From a virus: a DNA stretch of 64,000 bases. Shown here piece after piece: positions 1-7,555 of this stretch. The stretch is taken from the IMG/VR virus record IMGVR_UViG_3300031251_000011, positions 11,765 through 75,764 of that record, one strand, 5' to 3'. The stretch's first letter is position 1. Each line of letters begins with the position of its first letter. The notes under the pieces were generated by a model. The model did not search any database. It saw nothing but the letters and a program-made list of their open reading frames with translations, and was not told the DNA's origin. The translations under genes were made by a program, and so were the position numbers.

Positions 1-479
1 CGATCAGGAAGGCCAACGGCGTGATCGCGAAGGCCGAGGTCTCGTGGGACAGGTTCTTCGACCGCGCCGTCAGGATCGAGGTGGAGGACGCCAGCAGCTA
101 CGGCGAGAAGGCGCGAGGGGAGCCGGCAAAGGACGTCCCGCCGCGACAGCAGGACCACGTGCCGGCCGACGACGAGGGCCTGCACGACGAGCCTCCCGGC
201 TACCCCGAGGGCTACCATGAACAATCGCAACCGAGCAACCCCCGCGCGGCCGCGGTAGGCAGGCTCGACAAGGAAGCTGAGGAGGAGCTGGCGCGGGTCA
301 CAGCTGCCTTCGCCGTCATCGACGAGGTCGGCGTGGGCGACGAGAAGGCTAAGTCGTTCATCGAGAGCCTGCGCTCGCAGTGGAAGCGCAAGGGAACGTT
401 GAGCGGACCGCAGATGGCCGCGCTCGACAAGTTCAAGGCGGGGGCGGAGCGGTTCAAGAACAGCAGGGGTTACAGATGA
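1..479 (+). CDS. Hypothetical protein, 5'-truncated by the window edge
   Basis: Frame is open from position 3 (..IRKANGVIAK..). C-terminus has a 'SFIESLRSQW..LSGPQ' helical motif. Confidence 0.6.
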   Translation, partial: IRKANGVIAKAEVSWDRFFDRAVRIEVEDASSYGEKARGEPAKDVPPRQQDHVPADDEGLHDEPPGYPEGYHEQSQPSNPRAAAVGRLDKEAEEELARVTAAFAVIDEVGVGDEKAKSFIESLRSQWKRKGTLSGPQMAALDKFKAGAERFKNSRGYR

Positions 480-559
480 CAGTCTACGAAGTCTTCGTTT
501 TGGGTGTGGTGTTCGTGGCGTTCGCGTTCGGCCTGGGTTTGTCGGGATGGCCACGGTGA
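476..559 (+). CDS. Small membrane peptide (27 aa)
   Basis: MTVYEVFVLGVVFVAFAFGLGLSGWPR; ATGA overlap upstream and GTGA overlap downstream. Confidence 0.5.
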   Translation: MTVYEVFVLGVVFVAFAFGLGLSGWPR

Positions 560-1008
560 GCGAGTCCGAGCTGAGCGCGCTGTTCCGCCGCGAGATGGCG
601 CCGTTCGGCAGGACGCACCCGATCGAGTGCCCCGACTCCGACAAGATGGGAACGCCCGACTGCGTCTGCCTGCTGCGGAGACCTCACGCTCCTCACGACC
701 CAGGCGTCGGCGGCGTGACTGCGTGGGTGGAGTTCAAGCACGAGCCCGCGTGGCCGAAGATGCCGAACACGCCGCTTCGCCTGAAGAGGTTCACGGCAGC
801 TCAGCTGTCGTTCCTGACAGGTTGGCACGCGGGCGGCGGCAGATGCGCGATGCTGCTGCAGGTGAAGAGCTACTACCTGCTCCTCCCCCCCTGGCACCTG
901 CGGCAGGTCTTCGAGGGACGAACGCAGAGCGAGCTGAAGATGCTAGGGGTCGTAACTAGCGGCGTTGGTTTTCCGACGGCCTACATCATGAAGTGGTTGA
1001 CACGATGA
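556..1008 (+). CDS. PD-(D/E)XK nuclease, Holliday junction resolvase/VRR-NUC-like
   Basis: 'MSESEL..GTPD..WVEFK..AQLSFL..GG' pattern. Start is either 547 (ATG) or 556 (GTG). Confidence 0.7.
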   Translation: MSESELSALFRREMAPFGRTHPIECPDSDKMGTPDCVCLLRRPHAPHDPGVGGVTAWVEFKHEPAWPKMPNTPLRLKRFTAAQLSFLTGWHAGGGRCAMLLQVKSYYLLLPPWHLRQVFEGRTQSELKMLGVVTSGVGFPTAYIMKWLTR

Positions 1009-1475
1009 ATAATTTATTGAGCAGGCGGCTGACGCCAGGCGAGCGCCTGCTGCTGTGGCGACGCAGCTTCGGATGGACGCAGACGCACGCGGCGATCCAC
1101 ACCGGCTTCTGTCGACAGCTCTACTCGCTGATGGAGCTTGACCAACACACGCCGATGATACGAACAGGACCGACGGGAAGACTGTCGTTTAGACCCGACA
1201 TACGTGAACCCTTGGACGAGGCTAAGCTGTTGTTCCTTGCGCGCCGTCGTTCCGGCCTGACCCTGGAGGAGATCGGGAAGAGGCTAAACGTCTCCCGCCC
1301 GACGGTTCTAAAGTGGGAGGACAGGGGGGACGCGAGGCTGAGGGCCTTCTACAAAACGCCTTCGTCGCTGAAAATAACGGCTGCGCCGAAAGGCATCCGG
1401 GTCGGGGCGCGGGTCACGGGACCCAACGGGTACAAAGGCAGGATCATCGCGGTCAGTGGTTCGGGAAAGGCCTAA
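1005..1475 (+). CDS. XRE-family regulator with two HTH domains
   Basis: 'WRRSFGWTQTHAA..YSLME' and 'RRRSGLTLEEIGKRLNVSRPTVLKWE'. Confidence 0.75.
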   Translation: MNNLLSRRLTPGERLLLWRRSFGWTQTHAAIHTGFCRQLYSLMELDQHTPMIRTGPTGRLSFRPDIREPLDEAKLLFLARRRSGLTLEEIGKRLNVSRPTVLKWEDRGDARLRAFYKTPSSLKITAAPKGIRVGARVTGPNGYKGRIIAVSGSGKA

Positions 1476-1495
1476 AACAGGCCCTTTCTTCACTG

Positions 1496-1525
1496 TTTAC
1501 TCCTGCCTAGACTTAGGCTTATAAT
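1496..1525 (+). promoter_or_regulatory. Sigma70-like early promoter TTTACT-N18-TATAAT
   Basis: Perfect -10 in an intergenic gap; same architecture at 7038 and 60503. Confidence 0.75.
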
Positions 1526-1542
1526 CCTCCCCGAGGGCGGCA

Positions 1543-1554
1543 AGCCGACACGGA
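1543..1554 (+). repeat. Leader motif A (AGCCGACACGGA), copy 1
   Basis: Identical 12-mer at 1543, 2054 and 7084, each flanked by a complementary stem. Confidence 0.85.
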
Positions 1555-1589
1555 CCCGCAGACCTCAGAATGGATAAGGAGACTTTCAG

Positions 1590-1985
1590 ATGGCCCGTTA
1601 CTCCACCGCCGACGTCCGCGTCGTTCAGGACCTCGTCAACAAGGCCGTGAAGGCCGCCCTCGCCGGGACAGGCTTTGAGATTGAGAACACGAAGGGGACC
1701 TACGGCGACAAGCTCGCCGTCAGCGTCAACTTCAAGCGCGCGGGAGAGGCCGGCGCTAACGACGTTCGCGACAAGTGGAACGCGTACTGCGGCCTCTACG
1801 ACCTGAAGCCCACGGACTTCGAGGCGACCTTCGTCAACGGCGGCAAGACCTACAAGGCCGTCGGCTTCAACCTGAACCGCCCCAAGTACCCGCTCGTCGG
1901 CGTCGAGGTGGAGACCGGCAAGACGCTGTTCTTCACGGAGCTGAGCATCAGCAAGATCAAGCGCAACGCGCTCGTCGCCGCGTAA
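1590..1985 (+). CDS. Hypothetical early protein
   Basis: Strong RBS TAAGGAG; phage-like codon usage. Confidence 0.75.
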   Translation: MARYSTADVRVVQDLVNKAVKAALAGTGFEIENTKGTYGDKLAVSVNFKRAGEAGANDVRDKWNAYCGLYDLKPTDFEATFVNGGKTYKAVGFNLNRPKYPLVGVEVETGKTLFFTELSISKIKRNALVAA

Positions 1986-1998
1986 CCTCCTCCTCTCA

Positions 1999-2038
1999 CT
2001 CAACCCCGCTCAGGCTAGGACCCTGACGCGGGGTTGAG
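1999..2038 (+). repeat. Intergenic bulged hairpin B, copy 1
   Basis: CTCAACCCCGC-TCAGG...CCTGA-C-GCGGGGTTGAG. Confidence 0.8.
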
Positions 2039-2053
2039 CTGTCAGAAGGGGCC

Positions 2054-2065
2054 AGCCGACACGGA
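2054..2065 (+). repeat. Leader motif A, copy 2
   Basis: GGGGC-C-AGCCGACACGGA-GCCCC. Confidence 0.85.
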
Positions 2066-2091
2066 GCCCCGACTTGAATGGAGACTGAAAC

Positions 2092-2274
2092 ATGTTCTAC
2101 ACTTTCCTCAGAGGCGACGGCCGCGAGCTGGGCCCGTTCGCTTTCCTCCGCGAGGCGATCAGCGCCGCGGTGGAGCACAACATCCCCGCGCAGGTCACGG
2201 AGCAGGTCGGAGACGAGCGCGTCGTCCGCGGCTTCTGGAACAACCTGGGCGGCTACCGCGCGGTGCAGTCATGA
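2092..2274 (+). CDS. Hypothetical protein (60 aa)
   Basis: GGAG RBS; ATGA overlap with the next ORF. Confidence 0.65.
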   Translation: MFYTFLRGDGRELGPFAFLREAISAAVEHNIPAQVTEQVGDERVVRGFWNNLGGYRAVQS

Positions 2275-2528
2275 CCTTCGCGGAGTGGAAGGCTACCCGC
2301 CGCGAGGTCCCCAACCTCGACGCGCACTTCGGCGACGGAGACGGCACGACCTGCTCGGAGGGTCCGGGCTACGTCTACGCGGGCGAGTGTTACATCACGC
2401 AACTTATGGACGGTGAGGTGGAGAACGGCTTCCACTTGCACGTCGGGACTGAGGAGTGGACCTTCGAGGACCTCGGCGAGGCGGAGGCCAAGCTGTGGGA
2501 AGTCTGGGCCGAGGGAGAGGTTGCTTAG
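2271..2528 (+). CDS. Hypothetical acidic protein
   Basis: Starts MTFAEWKATRR at an ATGA overlap. Confidence 0.65.
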   Translation: MTFAEWKATRREVPNLDAHFGDGDGTTCSEGPGYVYAGECYITQLMDGEVENGFHLHVGTEEWTFEDLGEAEAKLWEVWAEGEVA

Positions 2529-2592
2529 GTCTCTGCCGGTGAGTGCTCCTCCTGCGATGACCTTCATCGCGTAACAGAGACCGAGCAACCGG

Positions 2593-2637
2593 GTCTCGAC
2601 CCCGCTCAGCCCTGAAAAGCTGACGCGGGGTTGAGGC
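2593..2637 (+). repeat. Intergenic bulged hairpin B, copy 2
   Basis: GTCTCGACCCCGC-TCAGC-CCTGAAAA-GCTGA-C-GCGGGGTTGAGGC. Confidence 0.8.
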
Positions 2638-2687
2638 GACAGAGGAGCCGGATTGTCTGGTCCTCGGTAACAGAAGAGAGCGAGAAC

Positions 2688-2906
2688 ATGGCTGCAGTGA
2701 AGATCGAGTACGCGAAGGACAAGATCATCGTCACCATCCCCTACAAGGAGGCCGACATCGAGGCGGCGCCCCTGTCCGGCACGGGCGTCTCCAAGATGAT
2801 CACGCAGACCAAGGGCTTCGTCGACGTCCCCGACTGCCCCGGCGAGCCGCGCATCTCCGTCACCCTCATCAAGCCGCTGCCGAAGGACCAGCGCCCGAAG
2901 AAGTAG
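2688..2906 (+). CDS. Hypothetical protein (72 aa)
   Basis: MAAVKIEY.. after a purine-rich leader. Confidence 0.65.
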   Translation: MAAVKIEYAKDKIIVTIPYKEADIEAAPLSGTGVSKMITQTKGFVDVPDCPGEPRISVTLIKPLPKDQRPKK

Positions 2907-2915
2907 CCTGCCGAT

Positions 2916-2963
2916 CGCCTGCCGGCCCGCCCAGCCCTGAGAAGCTGGAGCGGGCCTTAGGCG
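2916..2963 (+). repeat. Intergenic bulged hairpin B, copy 3
   Basis: GGCCCGC-CCAGC-CCTGAGAA-GCTGG-A-GCGGGCC inside a CGCCT/AGGCG outer stem. Confidence 0.75.
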
Positions 2964-2994
2964 TTGAGTAGAGCCAGAAAGAAGGAGATCAACC

Positions 2995-3225
2995 ATGGCT
3001 GAAGACGGACCCGGCAACCTGAACGAGATCAGGATGTTCCAGCACTGCGCCCTGTGCATCCACGAGCTGCCCGCCGGGACCTCCCCGGCTGACTTCGCCC
3101 AGCTTGAGATGGGCTGGACCAAGCGCGGCTTTCAGGTCTGGTGCAGACGCCACGACGCCAACGTTTTGCACGTCGACTTCGAGGGCGCGACGCACAAGGC
3201 CAACACGACCAGGAGGAGCAACTAG
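2995..3225 (+). CDS. Small Cys/His-rich phage protein
   Basis: AAGGAG RBS; 'HCALC..G.T..G.QVWCRRH..NV.H.DF'. Confidence 0.7.
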   Translation: MAEDGPGNLNEIRMFQHCALCIHELPAGTSPADFAQLEMGWTKRGFQVWCRRHDANVLHVDFEGATHKANTTRRSN

Positions 3226-3423
3226 ATGACGACCCTCGCGCCCTACGACAGGCTGCTGCTCACGCGGCACCTGAAGTCGGCGGCGACCCACTACGACGGG
3301 ATCGTCTCGACGCTCTGGAACGACCCGCGCTGCAACGCGCACAGGCCGCTGATCGAGAGCTACCAGAAGCTCGCCGTCGAGGCGCGCACTTTCGTCAAGC
3401 GCCTGGAGGATGACAAGTCATGA
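3226..3423 (+). CDS. Hypothetical protein
   Basis: AGGAGG RBS; abuts both neighbours. Confidence 0.6.
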   Translation: MTTLAPYDRLLLTRHLKSAATHYDGIVSTLWNDPRCNAHRPLIESYQKLAVEARTFVKRLEDDKS

Positions 3424-4139
3424 GCAACCGCCCGACCAGGATCGACTTCTTCGACGGGACGGCCCACGACTTCCTGTCAAACTTCCACGCGGCAGAGCCG
3501 ATCGAGTACGACGGCCGCCTCTGGCCGACGACCGAGCATGCGTTCCAGGCGATGAAGACACTCGACTTCAACTACAGGAGGAAGATCAGCCTCACGAAGG
3601 GTCCGGGCGCCGCGAAGGGCCTGGGCCAGCGGGCCGCCTTCGTCAAGCACGGCGTCGAGCTGCGCCCGGACTGGGACACGGTGAAGTTCGGCCACATGCT
3701 GGACCTCCTCCGGATCAAGTTCGCGCAGTCGAAGATGAGGAAGTTGCTGCTCGGGACGGGCGACGCGGAGCTGGTCGAGGGCAACGTCTGGAACGACACC
3801 TGCTGGGGCGTGGAATACTTCCCGCGACAGAACGGTCGCCTGGGCGTCGGGACCAACCACCTGGGGCGTCAGCTGATGCGCGTGCGGGCGGAGATCAGGC
3901 CACAGATCAGAACCATGTGGCAGGTGACTGGCATCGGGTTTAACGGCTTCTACGAGCGCACCGTCGAGTGCAGGACCCTGGCCGGCGTGAGGAGGGCGGC
4001 GGAGAAGCTCGCGGCGAAAATGCGGGCGCCCCTCCTGTCTCCCGGAAAAATCACGGCCATGTTTTTGGGCGGGAGTTCAGACCCCCGCAGGATCGTCGGC
4101 GAGGGTGGGAGTTACGTGGAAGTGGAGCAGGTGAAATGA
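3420..4139 (+). CDS. NADAR (YbiA-like) domain protein with a C-terminal extension
   Basis: 'FLSNFH..WPTTEHAFQAMK..RPDW..KFAQ..LLGTGDAELVEGN.W.D..WG..G.NHLG..LM.VR'. Confidence 0.9.
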   Translation: MSNRPTRIDFFDGTAHDFLSNFHAAEPIEYDGRLWPTTEHAFQAMKTLDFNYRRKISLTKGPGAAKGLGQRAAFVKHGVELRPDWDTVKFGHMLDLLRIKFAQSKMRKLLLGTGDAELVEGNVWNDTCWGVEYFPRQNGRLGVGTNHLGRQLMRVRAEIRPQIRTMWQVTGIGFNGFYERTVECRTLAGVRRAAEKLAAKMRAPLLSPGKITAMFLGGSSDPRRIVGEGGSYVEVEQVK

Positions 4140-5170
4140 GTTCGCAGCAGGCCCTCAACGACGCCGAGCTGAAGGTCATCGAGAAGGTCAAGAAGATACT
4201 CGACCTGGCCGCCCGCAACCCGAACGAGCACGAGGCAGCCTCAGCGCGGGACAAGGCGGCGCAGATGATGGCGCAGCACAACCTCGACGTCGCGACCGTA
4301 GAGGCCAACACAGGCCTGGTCGGCAAGCGCGAGGAGGCGCTCGTCGACGGGGGCTTCTACTCGTACCAGCGCGACCTCTGGAACTCCGTCGCCGAGCTTC
4401 ACTTCTGCAGCTACTGGAACCAGAAGTACCTGACGAAGGACTACGTCTCGCAGACCCACAAGGAGCGCGGCGTGTACCTCGGCATGAAGAAGGTCCGCGT
4501 CATGCGCAGGCGGCACGCGCTGATCGGGAGGGTGGTCAACGCCAGGGCGACGCAGGCGATGGCCGGCTACCTGCAGGAGGCGATCGAGAGGTCGCTGCGG
4601 GAGAGGCTGGCAGGCGACGCCGATGTGAGCCACCTCAACGCGGCCAGCAACTGGGCCCACTCCTTCCGGAAGGGCGCGGCCGCAAGGCTGACGCTCAAGC
4701 TGATGGAGCGTCGCGACGAGAAGCTGGCGGAGGAGGCGGCCGAGGAGGAGCGGCGCGCGAGGCAGGCGAGCGGCGTGTCGACCGGGACAGGCGTCACGCT
4801 GGCCACGTACTCCAAGTCGGAGGAGCAGGCGAACTACGACTACAAGCACGGCGACGGCTCTTGGCAGCGGCGCGCCGATCGCCGGGCCAGGTACGCGAGG
4901 GAGATGGCCGAGGAGCTTGCCGCTGAAGCTCAGTGGGCCAAGGACAACCCGGAGGAGGCGCGCAAGCAGCAGGAGGAGTGGGACAAGAAGGAGGCCAAGA
5001 ACTCCGCGCGCCGGAAGGGCCGGCGGTTCACGGGCTGGCGCAAGGACGGCACCGACCTCGGGGCCTACTACGCGGGGAGCGACGCCGCGGGCAAGATAGG
5101 CATAGACCCGCAGGCGGGAGACAGGGGGAAGACGGCGAGGCTGGCGGGCGGAAAGGACATACACCTATGA
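4136..5170 (+). CDS. DUF2786-domain protein
   Basis: N-terminal 'IEKVKKILDLAARNPNEHEAASARDKAAQMMAQHNL'; start at an ATGA overlap. Confidence 0.8.
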   Translation: MSSQQALNDAELKVIEKVKKILDLAARNPNEHEAASARDKAAQMMAQHNLDVATVEANTGLVGKREEALVDGGFYSYQRDLWNSVAELHFCSYWNQKYLTKDYVSQTHKERGVYLGMKKVRVMRRRHALIGRVVNARATQAMAGYLQEAIERSLRERLAGDADVSHLNAASNWAHSFRKGAAARLTLKLMERRDEKLAEEAAEEERRARQASGVSTGTGVTLATYSKSEEQANYDYKHGDGSWQRRADRRARYAREMAEELAAEAQWAKDNPEEARKQQEEWDKKEAKNSARRKGRRFTGWRKDGTDLGAYYAGSDAAGKIGIDPQAGDRGKTARLAGGKDIHL

Positions 5171-5252
5171 GCGCCGGCTCCGAGTTCATCCTGGCGGCGC
5201 TGTTCGTGGCGCCCTCCCCCTGGCTCTGCATCACTGTCGTCGGGTGGTTCCT

Positions 5253-5468
5253 GTGAGGATCACCCTGGCCGACGGGACCTCCCGCGAGGTCTCAATCCGT
5301 GACGGCTACACCGGCCCCAAGGCTGAAGCCGTTACCCTGACCAAGGCGGACGTTGACGCGTTCCGGCGACTAGCTAACTCAGCGCCGGTTCTTTTCAACA
5401 TTCGCATGCGCGAGCTGGCGAGCCGGTTCGTGCAGGGCGGCGACGTGATGGAGGTGAGGAATGGCTAA
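5253..5468 (+). CDS. Hypothetical protein
   Basis: Fits the tightly packed + strand ORF chain. Confidence 0.5.
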   Translation: MRITLADGTSREVSIRDGYTGPKAEAVTLTKADVDAFRRLANSAPVLFNIRMRELASRFVQGGDVMEVRNG

Positions 5469-5664
5469 CCTGGCGGAACTGTTTGACGACCAATCGCTGA
5501 AGACCGACGTGCCGTACTTCATCGTCACCTTGGCGATGACGCGAGCGATCCCGAAGCTGGGGCCGTACCCGAGGTGGGGAACCTCGGAGAAGAACGCCTG
5601 GAACACCGCGTTCGCGGGTATGCTGAAAGAGATCGAAGGAGAGGACCTGGTGATAAATGCCTGA
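5461..5664 (+). CDS. Hypothetical protein
   Basis: GAGG RBS; overlaps neighbours. Confidence 0.55.
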   Translation: MANLAELFDDQSLKTDVPYFIVTLAMTRAIPKLGPYPRWGTSEKNAWNTAFAGMLKEIEGEDLVINA

Positions 5665-5887
5665 CCTCTGCAAGGGCTGTGGCCTGCCCGTGAAGGACGG
5701 CGATGTTCGCTACGTTGCCTCCGAACATCGCGGCGAGTTCTGGCACTGGAACTGCCACAAGAAGGCTATCGACCTGAAAGGGCCACTTGCCAGGATCAGG
5801 CAGCTCAGCGACGAGGCGAGAGCTGTGATGCAGGACATCGAGCGCAAGACGACGATCAGACCGAGAGGACCCAATGGTAAGCGTTAA
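5657..5887 (+). CDS. Small Zn-finger-like protein
   Basis: CKGC..HWNC. Confidence 0.55.
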   Translation: MPDLCKGCGLPVKDGDVRYVASEHRGEFWHWNCHKKAIDLKGPLARIRQLSDEARAVMQDIERKTTIRPRGPNGKR

Positions 5888-6809
5888 GGACATGGACGAG
5901 CAGGGCGCCACCGGGACGTTCATCAACTACTCCGGCCGCTCCTTCAACAAGCCGCAGATGGCTCGCATCGAGACGATCAACGTGATCCTCGCGGAGTACG
6001 GCCGCGCGCTGACCGTGAGGCAGCTCTACTACCAGCACGTCGCGCGGGGCCTGATCCCGAACGAGCAGCGCGAGTACGGGCGCCTCGAACACCTGCTCGG
6101 CGAGGCTCGCCTGGCGGGCCTGGTCTCGTGGACTGCCATCGAGGACCGCGGCCGCAACCTGATGGGGCACCGCACGTACGACGGGCCGACGCAGGCGATC
6201 AAGGAGGTTCGCGCCGAATACAAGCGCGACCTCTGGGCCTCGCAGCCGATCAGGCTTGAGACCTGGTGCGAGAAGCAGGCGCTTGAGGGCGTCGTCGGCG
6301 AGATTTGCAACGAGGAGCGCGTTGACTTCTTCAGCACCAAGGGCTACAACTCATTGTCTGAGATGTGGCGCGCCGGGCAGCGCTTCGCGAACTACTACAG
6401 GAAAGGCCAGCGGCCGGTGGTTTTGCATTTAGGAGACCACGACCCCGCGGGCATCGACATGACGAGGGATTTGAAAGAGAAGCTCGCGATGTTCGCCGGC
6501 ACCGAGGTCACGGTCATCCGCATCGGCCTCAACATGGACCAGGTCGAGCGCCTCAACCCGCCGCCGCAGCCGGCGAAGGAGAGCGACAGCAAGACGCCGG
6601 CCTACGTGGCCGAGTACGGCGAGGACTGCTGGGAGCTTGACGCGCTGCCGCCCGACCAATTGCAAGCCGTGATTAAAGACGAGGTCACGAAGTGGCGCGA
6701 GCCGAAGCTGTGGGACGCGGCGCTGAAGGAGGAGGCCGAGGACAAGAACGAGCTGGACGCGATCATCGAGGAGCTGGGCGGAACCGCTGAACCTGAAATG
6801 GAGATGTAG
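5874..6809 (+). CDS. TopoVI-A/Spo11/JetD-like wHTH + TOPRIM protein
   Basis: 'LTVRQLYY' (CAP-domain Tyr), 'ETWCEKQAL', 'HLGDHDPAGIDM' (TOPRIM DxD), 'WELDAL'. Confidence 0.75.
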   Translation: MVSVKDMDEQGATGTFINYSGRSFNKPQMARIETINVILAEYGRALTVRQLYYQHVARGLIPNEQREYGRLEHLLGEARLAGLVSWTAIEDRGRNLMGHRTYDGPTQAIKEVRAEYKRDLWASQPIRLETWCEKQALEGVVGEICNEERVDFFSTKGYNSLSEMWRAGQRFANYYRKGQRPVVLHLGDHDPAGIDMTRDLKEKLAMFAGTEVTVIRIGLNMDQVERLNPPPQPAKESDSKTPAYVAEYGEDCWELDALPPDQLQAVIKDEVTKWREPKLWDAALKEEAEDKNELDAIIEELGGTAEPEMEM

Positions 6810-6811
6810 AG

Positions 6812-7015
6812 ATGAGCGACACGAAGCTGGACCAGGCGCAACTGGACTGCGCGTTGGACAGAGCCAACGGGTTGGTGGTCGGAGACTCAATGGAGTCGGG
6901 CTACTCCGCCGATGTATTCATGGCGTGTGCCATGCTGAACGCGAGGAGGGCTCTGGTCAAGCGCGGCGTCCCACTGAAGGACCTTGACGGCCTGATGCGG
7001 GGCGACGAAACGTAG
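6812..7015 (+). CDS. Hypothetical protein
   Basis: GGAG RBS; last ORF before the next promoter. Confidence 0.55.
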   Translation: MSDTKLDQAQLDCALDRANGLVVGDSMESGYSADVFMACAMLNARRALVKRGVPLKDLDGLMRGDET

Positions 7016-7037
7016 AGTTCACTGGCTTTCTGAGCTG

Positions 7038-7067
7038 TTTACCCTTGCCCACACCCTGGGCTATACT
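7038..7067 (+). promoter_or_regulatory. Sigma70-like promoter TTTACC-N18-TATACT
   Basis: Same spacing as the 1496 promoter and also followed by motif A. Confidence 0.75.
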
Positions 7068-7083
7068 AAACCCGCCCGCCGGA

Positions 7084-7095
7084 AGCCGACACGGA
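7084..7095 (+). repeat. Leader motif A, copy 3
   Basis: CCGG-A-AGCCGACACGGA-A-CCGG. Confidence 0.85.
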
Positions 7096-7123
7096 ACCGG
7101 GGGCCTAATGAGGAGAATGATTT

Positions 7124-7555
7124 ATGCCAGCGCTTGGATTACTAGATTTACGGCTCATCGTTCGTGACAGCCTGAGGAACGCCATCGACAACGGGAACGC
7201 TGAGCTGAAGACGATGGACCCTACTAAGGTCGTTGAGGACCTTCTGACCTGCGACGCGGACCTCGAAGGCGCGAGCCCCGACGCGGTTGTCGCGATGGGC
7301 ATCATCGTCAAGGAATGGCAGACCGAGAAGGTCCAGTATGTCTGCGACGAGGCTCGCCATCTAATCTGCGTTCCGTACTCGGCGCACTTCATGCACGAGA
7401 TGGCCGCGGAGCTTGGCGTCAAGCGCGGCTGGTTCCATCCCGGCGACAAGGCCCACTACGACATACCGAAGAGCCGCGTCGCCGACGTGACCAAGCTCTG
7501 CCACGTCGTCTCGTCCAAGCTCATTGTTAAGATCACTTCTGGAGCAGCCCTGTGA
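7124..7555 (+). CDS. DUF4031-like domain protein
   Basis: C-terminal 'HL..MHEMAAELGVKRGWFH..HYDI..R'. Confidence 0.65.
   Translation: MPALGLLDLRLIVRDSLRNAIDNGNAELKTMDPTKVVEDLLTCDADLEGASPDAVVAMGIIVKEWQTEKVQYVCDEARHLICVPYSAHFMHEMAAELGVKRGWFHPGDKAHYDIPKSRVADVTKLCHVVSSKLIVKITSGAAL

Noticed and set aside
1998-2039. attC-like site (ACTCAAC...GTTGAGC fits RYYYAAC/GTTRRRY), suggesting an integron cassette array
   Set aside because: Only ~42 nt, shorter than known attC sites. The other two copies lose the boxes, the bulge is on the opposite arm, and there is no tyrosine recombinase in the window.
2609-2946. Lambda boxB-like GCCCTGA(A/G)AA words
   Set aside because: The closing GGGC arm of boxB is absent. 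The words form the loop of a different stem, and no boxA or N-like protein was recognised.
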